A DNA stretch of 36,354 nucleotides from Calditrichia bacterium (GCA_050633245.1 JBOEGD010000006.1:331-36684); one strand, 5' to 3'. Shown: positions 10,036-20,573, counted from the first letter of the stretch. Program-made: numbers and translations. Notes: generated by a model from the sequence alone, not told the origin.

Positions 10036-10064
10036 AAACTAACAACTGTTAGTTTGACTTTCAA
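10036..10064 (-). promoter_or_regulatory. Sigma70-type promoter of the HNH-paa operon overlapped by a TetR/PaaR-type operator
   Basis: Minus strand TTGAAA-N17-TAGTTT; perfect palindrome AAACTAACA-ac-TGTTAGTTT (10036-10055), resembling the CNAAC-N4-GTTNG PaaR box. Confidence 0.7.
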
Positions 10065-10070
10065 TATATA

Positions 10071-10649
10071 TTATTTTTTCAGTCCATCAAGCAAACATTG
10101 GTGCATAGCGTTTTCCAACTCTGCAAAAGGCATGTTACTATTTTTGCGATACCAGGAATGCAGACCATGCAACGTAGACAAGATAGAAAACATGGCAATT
10201 CGCGGGTCGAGCTCAACGAGATCACCTTCCTGTAACGCCGTTTGCAGAATGTCGACAAACTTATTTTCATAATCGGTTCGAAGTGTCAAAAATTCACCTT
10301 GAGCCGGCTCTTCAAGGTAGATCCACTCACCGGTAAGCAGCCCGATCGGCTTGGTGTGTTCTACGGTTAAGCGGACGTGAAGACTGATTAACTGTTCCAA
10401 CTTGTGTAATCCGCTATCTTGGGACGTATAGATTTGAGACATACCGGCCGTAAAAAGTTCGGCAATCTGCATAAGCAACTCACGCAGCAGCTCTTGCTTT
10501 GAAGCAATATGATTGTAGAGACTTGCCGCCTCGATGCCTACTTTCTCAGCAAGATCGCGCATGGAAGTAGCACGGTAGCCTCTTTCACGAAAAAGCTCAG
10601 CGGCTTCGTCGAAAATAACATCTTTGCGATTGCGTATAGTCGATTTCAT
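10071..10649 (-). CDS. TetR/AcrR regulator (PaaR/KstR2-like)
   Basis: N-terminal HTH GYRATSMRDLAEKVGIEAASLYNHIASK; adjacent to the paa operon. Confidence 0.92.
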   Translation of the reverse strand: MKSTIRNRKDVIFDEAAELFRERGYRATSMRDLAEKVGIEAASLYNHIASKQELLRELLMQIAELFTAGMSQIYTSQDSGLHKLEQLISLHVRLTVEHTKPIGLLTGEWIYLEEPAQGEFLTLRTDYENKFVDILQTALQEGDLVELDPRIAMFSILSTLHGLHSWYRKNSNMPFAELENAMHQCLLDGLKK

Positions 10650-10668
10650 ATCAGGCGAACATTCTTTT

Positions 10669-11808
10669 TTATATCACGATCATTGACAACAACAACCCCA
10701 TTATTGAGCCAATAGCAACAATCCAAAGTGGACTCAATTTAAGCCAGAAAACGGCAATTGCGCCAAATACCGCGATAGTAATGGACTGCCAATCGACAAG
10801 TGTTGTGGCTGCCAATTTTAACGTAATTCCTGCCATCAGGCCAAGCGCACATACGTTTACAGCATCCAGGAATCTGCCCATCCAAACCGAATTGCGCATT
10901 TTCGGCACCAGTGGGTTTAAAAGAGCGACAAAAACGAACGACGGCAAGAAGATGCCCAGTGTAGCTGCGACTGCGCCCCACCCACCATCCACCAGATAGC
11001 CGACAAAGGTTGCCGTTGAAAGAACCGGTCCAGGTGTAAACTGTCCGATGGCCACGGCATCGAGCAATTCCTGTGCATTCAACCACCCCAGATTATTCAC
11101 GAGTTCGGTTTCGAGGAATGCGATGAGCACATAACCACTGCCAAACAGAATAGATCCGATTTTTAAAAAGGCGAAGAATACCGAGACCGTGGTAATAATC
11201 GCCGGCGTAGCTACATCGGTCAGGCTTTCTACGGGAGCAGCGAGCAACATATATCCAGCCTTGGGCGATTGTCGATTATCCCAGAGTGAAAGCAGCAGCA
11301 TGCCGACCAGGCCACCACCGACAACAACCAGGAATGGATTTGTCCCCATTAGCGCAATGACAACAATAATAGCTCCCAACACTGCCAGAGGCACACTTTT
11401 TAGTGCTTTTTTGCCCAGCTTAAAAACGGCATTCGCAATCAACAGAATAACGGCCGGTTTAATACCCATCAGCAAAGGTTCAATATTGGGAACACTGCGA
11501 TAGGCCACGTAGAAGTATGCCAAAATAAATGTCAGTGTAATTGCTGGAATCAGAAAGCAAATTCCGGCAACGGCAAGCCCGGCAAGTCCGGCACGATGGT
11601 AACCAACATGGATAGCCATCTCGGTAGAGTTTGGGCCGGGAATAAGATTTGTTGCTCCCATTAGATCCAGAAAATGCTCACGGGTCAGCCATTTTCTGCG
11701 GGTAACAACCTCTTCTTCCATCATGGCAATATGTGCAGCGGGTCCGCCGAATCCGATTACGCCGAGCTTAAAAAACAATGCTGCGAGTTCAGTCAGTTTG
11801 TTCTTCAT
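10669..11808 (-). CDS. chrA: Chromate efflux transporter ChrA
   Basis: GFGG...PGP motif in both halves (FGGPAAH/IPGPNS and FGSGY/TPGPV). Confidence 0.92.
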   Translation of the reverse strand: MKNKLTELAALFFKLGVIGFGGPAAHIAMMEEEVVTRRKWLTREHFLDLMGATNLIPGPNSTEMAIHVGYHRAGLAGLAVAGICFLIPAITLTFILAYFYVAYRSVPNIEPLLMGIKPAVILLIANAVFKLGKKALKSVPLAVLGAIIVVIALMGTNPFLVVVGGGLVGMLLLSLWDNRQSPKAGYMLLAAPVESLTDVATPAIITTVSVFFAFLKIGSILFGSGYVLIAFLETELVNNLGWLNAQELLDAVAIGQFTPGPVLSTATFVGYLVDGGWGAVAATLGIFLPSFVFVALLNPLVPKMRNSVWMGRFLDAVNVCALGLMAGITLKLAATTLVDWQSITIAVFGAIAVFWLKLSPLWIVAIGSIMGLLLSMIVI

Positions 11809-11930
11809 GTTCCTGTTTCTATATTTGGGTTAGAAATACGGGTTCTTGGAAAAATAAGATAATGTGGGAAATAAGGCAACAGCGAAGAGAAAGCGTGCAG
11901 GGAACACAGAACTAACTCAGAACTCAGCTA

Positions 11931-12084
11931 GAGCGAGGCACGTGAAAAGACGGCAATCAAAAGACGGCAAACATTATCGAAAGAAGTAAATTGCCTTATT
12001 GCCTTATTGCCTTATTGCCTTATTGCCTTATTGCTTTTCTGCCTTATTGCCTTATCACTATTTTGAACTTTGAACTTTGAACTT
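11931..12084 (+). repeat. Intergenic repeat element with 8-nt tandem repeat (TTGCCTTA) and 7-nt repeat (TTTGAAC)x3
   Basis: AAAAGACGGCAA twice; about 8 TTGCCTTA-type units at 11991-12054; TTTGAAC x3 at 12062-12082. Confidence 0.85.
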
Positions 12085-12293
12085 CTTCTGTTTTTAGCCA
12101 TCTGTTTTATTTGATAGCATTTAACTATTTCGTATATTTACCGATAACGGGATAGTCTATTGGTATTTGCCAATTCCGAATTGCTTCATATATCCCAAAC
12201 TGCAAGCGCTTTAGTGGCCTCAAATAAGAGGCGCTGACGAAATATTACTATTCATCTTCCATATTGCTTTTATAAAAATCAAAGGAACATACT

Positions 12294-13571
12294 ATGTCCA
12301 GGGTTGTGTCAATGATTCTCGCTGGTGGCCAAGGCTCCAGACTTTATCCGCTTACAAAATATCGCTCTAAACCAGCCGTCCCTATCGCAGGCAAGTTTCG
12401 TCTGATTGACATCCCCATATCAAATTGCATACACTCTGGCTATCGCAAGGTTTTTATCGTTACTCAGTTCGCAGCGGAATCGCTGCATAGACATATTGGT
12501 ATGACCTATAGGTTCAGTGTTTTTTCCAAAGATTATATTACTATTTTGTCGGCGCAGCAAACCCTTGATAATCGCGATTGGTATCAAGGTACTGCGGATG
12601 CAGTTCGTCAAAACCTGAACTTTGTACAGGATGAAGGCGAATATATTTTGATTCTCTCTGGGGATCACCTCTACAATATGGATTATAGCAAATTTGTTGA
12701 TTATCACATTGAAAAGGGCGCAGATATTACCATCTCTGTGGTACCGGTAGATCGAAAACGTGCCGGACAATTCGGCGTTATGAAGATCGATGAGAATTGC
12801 CAAATAACGACCTTCCATGAAAAACCAACGGATGACGATCTTTTAGAAGACCTCGAGGTTCCACGGTCTGTTTTTACTGATCAAGGTGTAGACCCAAGAG
12901 ATAGAACCCACGTAGCATCTATGGGAATCTATGTATTCAACAAAAAGGTGCTTCAGGAACTGCTTAACGGCACTTCACACTCAGATTTCGGTAAAGAGGT
13001 CATTCCTTTTGCCATCTCCAGCAAGAAGGTATTCTCTTACTTTTATGATGGTTATTGGGAAGATATTGGAACTATCGGAGCCTTCTTCGAGGCGCACTTA
13101 GATCTTACGCGTTCCCTGCCGAATTTCAACTTTTACGATGAGAAGAATCCTATTTTTACACATCCTCGTTTTCTACCTGGAAGTAAGGTGCTGAATGCTA
13201 CCACAGAAAACACAATTCTATGTGAAGGCAGTATTGTTAATCCATCAAAGATATCAAATTCCATTTTAGGAATTCGTTCGAAGGTAGGTAACAATTCTCT
13301 AATCGATCAGGTGGTCATGATGGGTGCAGACTTTTATGAAACGCCTGAACAAAAGCTTCAGAATGAAAAAATGGGGATTGCGGATATCGGCATTGGAGCG
13401 AATTGTGAGATCCGGCGAGCCATAATCGATAAGAACGCTCGTATCGGAGATAACGTCAAGTTAATTAACGCGCGTAACGTGATGCAGGAAGAAGGCAAGG
13501 ATTATACGATTCAAGACGGCATAATCGTTATCGCCAAGAACACGCACATTAAGAAAGATACTGTGATTTAG
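12294..13571 (+). CDS. glgC: Glucose-1-phosphate adenylyltransferase
   Basis: ILAGGQGSRLYPLT, KPAVP, WYQGTADA, SGDH, YWEDIGT. Confidence 0.97.
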   Translation: MSRVVSMILAGGQGSRLYPLTKYRSKPAVPIAGKFRLIDIPISNCIHSGYRKVFIVTQFAAESLHRHIGMTYRFSVFSKDYITILSAQQTLDNRDWYQGTADAVRQNLNFVQDEGEYILILSGDHLYNMDYSKFVDYHIEKGADITISVVPVDRKRAGQFGVMKIDENCQITTFHEKPTDDDLLEDLEVPRSVFTDQGVDPRDRTHVASMGIYVFNKKVLQELLNGTSHSDFGKEVIPFAISSKKVFSYFYDGYWEDIGTIGAFFEAHLDLTRSLPNFNFYDEKNPIFTHPRFLPGSKVLNATTENTILCEGSIVNPSKISNSILGIRSKVGNNSLIDQVVMMGADFYETPEQKLQNEKMGIADIGIGANCEIRRAIIDKNARIGDNVKLINARNVMQEEGKDYTIQDGIIVIAKNTHIKKDTVI

Positions 13572-13750
13572 CGCTGCAAAAATCGTTTAATCAGATAAGC
13601 AAACAAAGCGGCATCATCGATAAACCCCAGGGGTCCTAATAAGGCCTCAGGGAGCAAATCAATCGGTGAGACAAGATACAAAATGGTCAGTATCAGGATG
13701 CCCCAAATGCTCTTCGGCTTTTCTTCCTGTTCAATCTTTTCTGTTTTCAA
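13568..13750 (-). CDS. DUF1232/YkvA small membrane protein
   Basis: YLVSPIDLLPE...LGFIDD signature. Confidence 0.85.
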   Translation of the reverse strand: MKTEKIEQEEKPKSIWGILILTILYLVSPIDLLPEALLGPLGFIDDAALFAYLIKRFLQR

Positions 13751-13782
13751 TTAACTCTCCACTTCTATCTCTTCCCAACAAG

Positions 13783-14712
13783 TTATTTTAATGGCTGTAG
13801 CCGCGCTGTAATTTCAGCTCGTTCTTTCTCCATCCAAGGTGGCAGGCAAAGAAATGTTCCTAATGATTCTTCAGATTCATCAATGGTAAACCCCGGCGGG
13901 TCTGTTGCAATCTCGAACAAAATTTGATTGGGTTCCCGAAAATACATCGCATTAAAATAATAACGATCCAGAATTGGCGTTACCCGGGCTCCGGAACGCA
14001 TCAGCGGTTTGCGTAAGTCGAGCTGATGCCGATCTGTTTCGGCACGAAAAGCAATGTGATGAACTGTTCCAAGTCCGGAACTTCCGCTAATTTGCTCAGG
14101 CTCTTCGACAATATCAACCCATGTTCCCGGTTTCGATTCTCTCAATTCATAACGCGTGCGATTTCTTTCTTCAGCAGAAACCTTAAAATAGAGCAATGCT
14201 TCGAGCAATTTTCGGCTGCGGGAGCGATCTTTCATAACCAGGCTAATGCTGTGTAAGCCCGTTATGGCCATCTCCGACCGCAAATGGCTATCTGCCCAAC
14301 TCAGGCGTTCATCGTCTGAAGCAATCAGCTGTAGCTTTAAGCCATCCGGGTCTTCAAAAGAGAGAACCTGTTCACCAAATCGTGTAACCGGGCCTTCAAA
14401 GGGAATATCATTTTTAGATAAATGTGCGATCCATTTATCGCCGGAGTTTGCGGGTATGGCGAAGGCAATACCATTGGCTTGCCCACTACCGCTTCTTCCC
14501 TTGCGTCCGTCTGCCCCCCAAATAAAAAACGTCAGGAGTGTTCCCGGAGCACCGACCGCGCTACTATAGTACAGGTGATATTGCGATGGATCATCAAAAT
14601 TTATCGTCGTCTTTATCAGACGCAGACCAAGGATCTTGCGATAAAATTTCAGATTAGTTTGCAAGTCGCCGGCAATGGCGGAAACATGATGGATTCCAGT
14701 TACTCCATTCAT
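13783..14712 (-). CDS. VOC/glyoxalase-family ring-cleaving dioxygenase (MhqO-like)
   Basis: GIHHVSAI, KTTINFDDP, GTVHHIAFR, DRYYF, EIATDPPGF; start at MNGV. Confidence 0.9.
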   Translation of the reverse strand: MNGVTGIHHVSAIAGDLQTNLKFYRKILGLRLIKTTINFDDPSQYHLYYSSAVGAPGTLLTFFIWGADGRKGRSGSGQANGIAFAIPANSGDKWIAHLSKNDIPFEGPVTRFGEQVLSFEDPDGLKLQLIASDDERLSWADSHLRSEMAITGLHSISLVMKDRSRSRKLLEALLYFKVSAEERNRTRYELRESKPGTWVDIVEEPEQISGSSGLGTVHHIAFRAETDRHQLDLRKPLMRSGARVTPILDRYYFNAMYFREPNQILFEIATDPPGFTIDESEESLGTFLCLPPWMEKERAEITARLQPLK

Positions 14713-14720
14713 AGTGCCCC

Positions 14721-15278
14721 CTAGAGCGTCCACTTACTATTAGAGATCGTTTCAACCAGAGGACGTCTGGAACGCGGCGCAAGTTCTCGTTCTTTTAGCG
14801 GATCACTAAGATGTTCTGAGTCCCCCAGATAGCCAACAGCAATGAAGGTTACCGGTTGAAAGCCGTCGGGTATCTCAAGAACTTCGATCGTTTTGTCTGC
14901 ATAGAATCCCGCCATTTGATGCAGATACAAATCCATGGACGTTGCCTGAAGTGACAGGTTTCCCACTGCAAGTCCCATATCGTGAAAGGCATGACCATTC
15001 GGCTTATCATTTCTACTAAACCTGCTGCTGACAACCGTCGTGACGAGCATACCAGCTTTTGATGCCCAAGGTTGGTTTCCGGGCTTCAAACAGTTAACCA
15101 TTTCATTGAACAGCTGCTGATCGGGTGTCGCATATAGAAAGCGCCATGGTTGTTCATTGTTGGCCGATGCGGCCCATCGGGCGGCTTCAAAGAGCAACTC
15201 TATTTTTTTTGGCTCTATTGGCTTGTCGGAAAACGCTCTCGGGCTCCAACGTTTGCTAATAAGAGGATGTAGTTCCAT
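14721..15278 (-). CDS. Nitroreductase family protein
   Basis: RWSPRAF, AASANNEQPWRF, HQMAGF. Confidence 0.92.
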   Translation of the reverse strand: MELHPLISKRWSPRAFSDKPIEPKKIELLFEAARWAASANNEQPWRFLYATPDQQLFNEMVNCLKPGNQPWASKAGMLVTTVVSSRFSRNDKPNGHAFHDMGLAVGNLSLQATSMDLYLHQMAGFYADKTIEVLEIPDGFQPVTFIAVGYLGDSEHLSDPLKERELAPRSRRPLVETISNSKWTL

Positions 15279-15301
15279 TTTGTCTCCATATTCTATACAG
15301 A

Positions 15302-16039
15302 CTATTCTTGCTTTGTGCTATCATCAGAGGCCGTTTCCATCCCTGCGGTTTGCATTAGCTCCTGCAGAAGGGAAATAGTGCTATCGCTATCAGCCAACTG
15401 TAATTCAAGGCGGGAAAAATTCCAGGCATTCTTCTTCAAGCTTCCTTCCACCAAAATTCGACCGAGGCCTGAGTCCCCTTTTACCGGAATTGTCAGAGTC
15501 GCATCTCCTGTTTGAAACCAGGGACCATGTTGTTCTACGTTTAGCTCGCCCGTTACCGCTCCTTCCAGAATTAAACTATCACCAATTAGCCGTTGAGAAG
15601 CATTCGCTCGCTGCGCAAGGAAGAGTGCATCTTTTACTACAGGCGAATCGGGTGGAACTGGCGGTGACAACTGCGATAGAAGGCCACCAAGCCCGCCAAC
15701 CACTACCAGGGCAATGGCAATCATTTTCCAATTGATGCGTCCTTTGGTATAATCGGGCTTTCCACGCTCGGCATAGTTCGGATCCGTTTGTCGGCGATCA
15801 ATTTCCTCATCCAGCTGTTTTAACATCTCTAAGTCGGTATCGCTATCTTTAAACATCTTTTTGCGCATTCTTAAGAGCTGACGCGTCGGGTAGTCTTCGG
15901 GCAAGAACTGGCCTTCGCGCAGTTCCAGAAACTTCAGAATAGACTGTTCTCGTTCAGGATAAAGTCCCCTATCCAGACGATTAAGTGCTTCATGCAACTC
16001 ATTAATTGTATACTTACTATAGTCCGGTACTCTATCCAT
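15302..16039 (-). CDS. Membrane protein with C-terminal Coa1-like (cytochrome oxidase assembly factor) domain
   Basis: One TM segment, then ...LIGD...GDATLTIPVKGDSGLGRILVEG...W pattern resembling Coa1-family beta-rich domains; start MDRVPD (16039) with AGGAGA RBS. Confidence 0.55.
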   Translation of the reverse strand: MDRVPDYSKYTINELHEALNRLDRGLYPEREQSILKFLELREGQFLPEDYPTRQLLRMRKKMFKDSDTDLEMLKQLDEEIDRRQTDPNYAERGKPDYTKGRINWKMIAIALVVVGGLGGLLSQLSPPVPPDSPVVKDALFLAQRANASQRLIGDSLILEGAVTGELNVEQHGPWFQTGDATLTIPVKGDSGLGRILVEGSLKKNAWNFSRLELQLADSDSTISLLQELMQTAGMETASDDSTKQE

Positions 16040-16418
16040 TTGTATTCTCTCCTGCCTGCAGTTCACTCCATGTATCAAACGCTCGTCGCAAGTGTGGAAT
16101 TGTAATCGAACCACCAACGACCAGCCCTATAGAAAGCGTCTCTTCCAATTCGTTCGTTTCAACACCTTCTTCATAGCATCGTACAATATGATAGGCAATG
16201 CAGTCGTCACAACGCAACACCAAAGACGCGACTAATCCGAGTAGCTCTTTTGTTCTTACCGGTAACGCCCCATCTTGATACGCTTGATGATCAAGATTAA
16301 AAAAACGCTTCGTTGTTAAACCGGCTTGATTGAGCACAACGTCATTCAGGCGTTCACGCTCTGCCCAAAACTCTTTTACCTTGCCGCTTAAAGATACTTC
16401 TCGCTTACTCTCCGACAT
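16032..16418 (-). CDS. Carboxymuconolactone decarboxylase / AhpD-family protein
   Basis: KELLGLVASLVLRCDDCIAYH CxxC motif. Confidence 0.9.
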   Translation of the reverse strand: MSESKREVSLSGKVKEFWAERERLNDVVLNQAGLTTKRFFNLDHQAYQDGALPVRTKELLGLVASLVLRCDDCIAYHIVRCYEEGVETNELEETLSIGLVVGGSITIPHLRRAFDTWSELQAGENTNG

Positions 16419-16430
16419 GATAATCCTTAT

Positions 16431-18623
16431 TTAGTTCGTTCTTAGCATAGAGATCATTTGTTGAATATCGCTTGTAGGCAACCCACAGGCATAGTTACGG
16501 CAAACAAACGCAGTCGTTTCATTCTTTTTCAGTAGGAGGTCTTTTGTAAACGGCGCAAGGCTGGCCAAACGCTCTGCATTCTCATCTGTTTTCAGCAAAA
16601 TGACTGCATGTGGCATAAATCGTTTTTGCACTTCACGCAGCATGTTTTGTGTGCTTTCTTCGGTAGGATCACCGGCAATGACGATCTCAGATGATTCATC
16701 AGAGGCAAACATAAGCGCCATCATACTCATACTTTGGGCAGACGGATAGCTGGAGATTGTTTTTGCAAATGCGTTTGCGGTATTTTCTGCAAGTCCGTCA
16801 AACCCGGTATTCCCGGTTATTTTTGACAACCGCAACAAATTTAACATCATAACAGAATTGCCGGATGGAATTGCACCGTCATAAATATCTTTTTTGCGCA
16901 TAAGTAGCTTCTCTGCAGAATTTGACGTGAAGAAGAATCCACCATTTTCCTGATCATAAAAGTCTTCAATTACGATTTTCGTTAACTCATTCGCCGCCTC
17001 AAGATAGTTCAAATCAAAGGTGCTCTCATAAAGCTCTAACAGGCCCCAAATCATAAAAGCGTAATCGTCTAGAAAACCGGTGATAGCAATCTCACCCTCA
17101 CGGTAGCGATGCATCAATCGCCCGTCTTTCAAGCGCATGGTAGACAACACAAAATCGGCTGCCGACTTTGCAGGTTCCAAAAACAGATCGGAATCGAATG
17201 CTCTATGCGCCTTGCAACTTGCCGCAATCATCAGCCCATTCCAGTCCGTTAAAATCTTATCATCTTTCAGCGGATGAATTCGCTTTTCACGCACGTCAAA
17301 CAGAATCTTACGTGCTTCTTCAAGTTTTTTAAGCAATTCAGTTTCAGCAAGATTCATTTTTACAGCAATATCTTCCGTCGTACCTTGCAGATGCGGGATA
17401 TTGGTACCAATTTTATGTCCGGTAGTTTCCTCAAGAAAATTGCCTTCAGCTTCAAAGTTATGTGCAGCTGTATAAAGAGATGCGGTTTCATTGCCAAGGA
17501 CATCCTGAACCTCGGCTTCACTCCACACATAAAACTTTCCCTCTTCGCCTTCGCTATCTGCATCCTCAGCAGAATAAAAACCGCCATTGCTATCGGTCAT
17601 ATCCCGAGTAATATAAGTTATAATCTGCTCGGCCGTTTGGCGATACACCCCGTTATTTTTAACCTGAAAAGCTTCTGCGTAGGCCATAAGCAGCATTGCC
17701 TGATCGTACAGCATTTTCTCGAAGTGCGGAACCAGCCAACGTTGATCCGTAGAGTAACGATGAAATCCAAATCCGACATGATCATAAATTCCGCCGCGCC
17801 GCATCATCGTTAAGGTTCTATCGACCATTTCAAATGCTTTAAGCTCAGGGTTCTTTTGATGCATGCGTAATAAGAACATCAAATTATGCGGCGTCGGAAA
17901 CTTGGGCTTTTCACTGAAGCCGCCATACACATCATCATACCGTGCTGCAAATTGCTCAAAGGCAGTTTGAGCAAGGTTCTCGCCCAATTGGCCATCACCC
18001 GCTACATTTTGAGAGCGTTGCAGTGCGATAGCAATTTCAGCGGCAGAGTCAGTTGCCTTCGCACGTTCATTATGCCAAAACAATTTAATTTTAGGGATCA
18101 TGGACTTCATGCCCATTCGTCCAAAGCGATCTTCTTTTGGAATATACGTTGCTGCAAAAAATGGCTTTTTATCGGGTGTCATTACAATGGTAAGTGGCCA
18201 ACCGCCATGTCCGGTAAGCATTTGGCAGACAGTCATGTAGATGTCGTCAACGTCGGGACGTTCTTCACGATCGACCTTAATGTTAACAAAAACATCATTC
18301 ATCAATTTTGCAACGGTGGTGTCCTCAAAGGATTCGTGCTCCATCACGTGGCACCAATGGCAGGTTGAATAGCCAATCGACAGAAAGATCGGTTTATCTT
18401 CTGCGGCGGCCTTTGCAAATGCTTCCTCACCCCAAGGATACCAATCTACCGGATTGTGGGCATGTTGAAGCAGGTAGGGGCTTTTCTCTTCAGCCAGTCT
18501 ATTTGTAAAGGGGTGCTTCATTGATTTTCCTTCTGCGTGTTGCTGATTCGAACGACAACTGCCAGCGAGGACAAGAACAATAATGAATAGGATGCGTTGA
18601 GCATTCTGGTGAAGCGGAACCAT
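16431..18623 (-). CDS. Thioredoxin-domain protein YyaL/SPATA20 family
   Basis: [37 protein letters not shown]; alternative start at MKHPF (18521). Confidence 0.93.
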   Translation of the reverse strand: MVPLHQNAQRILFIIVLVLAGSCRSNQQHAEGKSMKHPFTNRLAEEKSPYLLQHAHNPVDWYPWGEEAFAKAAAEDKPIFLSIGYSTCHWCHVMEHESFEDTTVAKLMNDVFVNIKVDREERPDVDDIYMTVCQMLTGHGGWPLTIVMTPDKKPFFAATYIPKEDRFGRMGMKSMIPKIKLFWHNERAKATDSAAEIAIALQRSQNVAGDGQLGENLAQTAFEQFAARYDDVYGGFSEKPKFPTPHNLMFLLRMHQKNPELKAFEMVDRTLTMMRRGGIYDHVGFGFHRYSTDQRWLVPHFEKMLYDQAMLLMAYAEAFQVKNNGVYRQTAEQIITYITRDMTDSNGGFYSAEDADSEGEEGKFYVWSEAEVQDVLGNETASLYTAAHNFEAEGNFLEETTGHKIGTNIPHLQGTTEDIAVKMNLAETELLKKLEEARKILFDVREKRIHPLKDDKILTDWNGLMIAASCKAHRAFDSDLFLEPAKSAADFVLSTMRLKDGRLMHRYREGEIAITGFLDDYAFMIWGLLELYESTFDLNYLEAANELTKIVIEDFYDQENGGFFFTSNSAEKLLMRKKDIYDGAIPSGNSVMMLNLLRLSKITGNTGFDGLAENTANAFAKTISSYPSAQSMSMMALMFASDESSEIVIAGDPTEESTQNMLREVQKRFMPHAVILLKTDENAERLASLAPFTKDLLLKKNETTAFVCRNYACGLPTSDIQQMISMLRTN

Positions 18624-18806
18624 TATTGTATCCTTGTCTAGTTAACTAAAATAGATGGAAAAAGGTATAGAAATGCGGCGGCTTATCCAATGAAAATGAT
18701 TCGCTGAATTACAGAAATAACATATAATTTTCCGAAGTGATGTAGTAAATGACAATAGCAGTATAGTATTTCAACCAGAGAAACAAATCCAATTCGAGGG
18801 AACTAC

Positions 18807-19508
18807 ATGCAACCGATGCGTCTTCAATCTCTATTTCTAATGCTTGCAACAATACCATTATTACTAAGCTGTGCTCCAGGTTTTAAAAGTTTCCACCAGA
18901 ACTCCCCACTGCTGCTATCAGAAAGCAACAATGACTCACTAACTGTTCGCTATAGCTTCCAGCCGTTTAGCAGTTCGCCGAAGTTTGCAACAAAAGCAGC
19001 AAAAGATCAGTTGGCAGCTTTTTATATCGAGATAACAAACCTTTCGGATTCAACGATTGAAATTCTTCCCAACAGTTTTGCAATGCACTCGAGGAAAAAG
19101 AAATTGTCACCAACTCCTACAGAGCAGCTGGTTACGGAATATCGCTCAAACAGCGCAGTATATATGCTGTGGAGCTTCTTTTTTATAACCTATTGGGACG
19201 AAGACAGTTTTATACCCATTCCAATCGGCTTTCCCATTGGTCTTGGCCAGATGGCGCGTTCGGATAGCTATAACAAAAAGATGAGGGCTGAGTTTGATCA
19301 AAATAGCTACAAGAATGTACCTATTCCTCCCGGCGGGAGCACATCCGGACATTTGTATTTTCGCAATTTAACCGATCACAAATGGACTTTGAGTTTTGAT
19401 TATGAAGTAACGGGCGAGAGGAGAGAAAGTGAGTTGGTAATCAGCCGCTCGGCGATGGCACCGGTGATGACGGAATGGAGAAGAAGGCGATTGCATCCGG
19501 TGAGGTAG
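18807..19508 (+). CDS. Hypothetical lipoprotein
   Basis: Lipobox LLSC; GAGGG RBS; no recognisable family. Confidence 0.7.
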   Translation: MQPMRLQSLFLMLATIPLLLSCAPGFKSFHQNSPLLLSESNNDSLTVRYSFQPFSSSPKFATKAAKDQLAAFYIEITNLSDSTIEILPNSFAMHSRKKKLSPTPTEQLVTEYRSNSAVYMLWSFFFITYWDEDSFIPIPIGFPIGLGQMARSDSYNKKMRAEFDQNSYKNVPIPPGGSTSGHLYFRNLTDHKWTLSFDYEVTGERRESELVISRSAMAPVMTEWRRRRLHPVR

Positions 19509-19610
19509 CAACATTTTGTGAAACACGTAACTTTTCCCGATCGATATACATCTGATTGAAGAGAGACAAGTGAGCTGATTTATCAGAGAGACACACAATC
19601 AGGAGGTGTT

Positions 19611-19967
19611 ATGAATAATATTATTTCGATTGACGATTTTAACAACATCACTAAGCAAAGTGAAAGTAAACCTGTTTTTCTATTTAAGCATTCTACGCGA
19701 TGTGGCGTATCTGCTGCTGCATGGCAGGAATTTGATGCCTTTATGAGCGAGATTGCTGCAGGTGATAACTCTGTAGATTTTTCTCGGGTTCTGGTTGTGG
19801 AAGATCGGCCAACATCATTAAAAATCGCTGAAACAACGAAAGTTCCTCATCAATCCCCTCAGGTTATGTTGATTCGCAAAGGCAACGTAGTTTGGCATAC
19901 CTCACATTGGGCAATAACCAAATCGAAGTTACATGAAGCGTTGTCAACATTTGCAGAGAGTGTCTAG
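19611..19967 (+). CDS. ytxJ: Bacillithiol-system redox-active protein YtxJ (DUF2847)
   Basis: LFKHSTRCGVS and HQSPQ motifs; AGGAGG RBS. Confidence 0.9.
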   Translation: MNNIISIDDFNNITKQSESKPVFLFKHSTRCGVSAAAWQEFDAFMSEIAAGDNSVDFSRVLVVEDRPTSLKIAETTKVPHQSPQVMLIRKGNVVWHTSHWAITKSKLHEALSTFAESV

Positions 19968-19979
19968 CTTCTACAAGGT

Positions 19980-20573
19980 TTATGCTGCATCGGAGTAATG
20001 GGTCGCCAAACGAGATGCTTTGCTCGGCTCCGATGCTTGTTTTTTCGGTTTTACGGCGAATACGCCAATAAACCTGCGTAGCAAGATTATCGGTGACGCG
20101 GCAATCAGTCCCACTCCACGTAGAACTTTCACTGCCGTGCCCGGTGCAGCTCGTTTATCAACGACCTTACTACCCCATTGAAAGTTTTTTTCCAAAAAAC
20201 CCTGCCTCAGATGTAGCAAGTCCTGACAAACATCGATAAATTCCTGCGGCTCACAACTGTATCGAAAACAGTCTACTGCACCGGCACTGCGAATTATCTG
20301 ACGGTCAGATGGTGACATGTAGCTGGTAAAAAACACAAATGGTATTCCTTTAAGTTGCTTATTTCGCTGAACCGCTCCCAATAGATTATGACCGCTCATA
20401 CCGGGGAGATTCATTTCGCAAACAATGAGATGCGGCATTCTGCCAAGTCGAAACCATTGTGCTGCTCCGGCAGCATCAGGCCGCGACACCACCAAATCGT
20501 TTTCACGAATGGCATTTTTTATCATTAATTTAACAGATTCTGTTTGGCCAATATGCATAACAACTTTTTGCAT
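19980..20573 (-). CDS. Atypical response-regulator receiver protein
   Basis: PHLIVCEMNLPGMSG...IPFVFFTS...AGAVD receiver fold, with Glu in place of the phosphoacceptor Asp. Confidence 0.75.
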   Translation of the reverse strand: MQKVVMHIGQTESVKLMIKNAIRENDLVVSRPDAAGAAQWFRLGRMPHLIVCEMNLPGMSGHNLLGAVQRNKQLKGIPFVFFTSYMSPSDRQIIRSAGAVDCFRYSCEPQEFIDVCQDLLHLRQGFLEKNFQWGSKVVDKRAAPGTAVKVLRGVGLIAASPIILLRRFIGVFAVKPKKQASEPSKASRLATHYSDAA

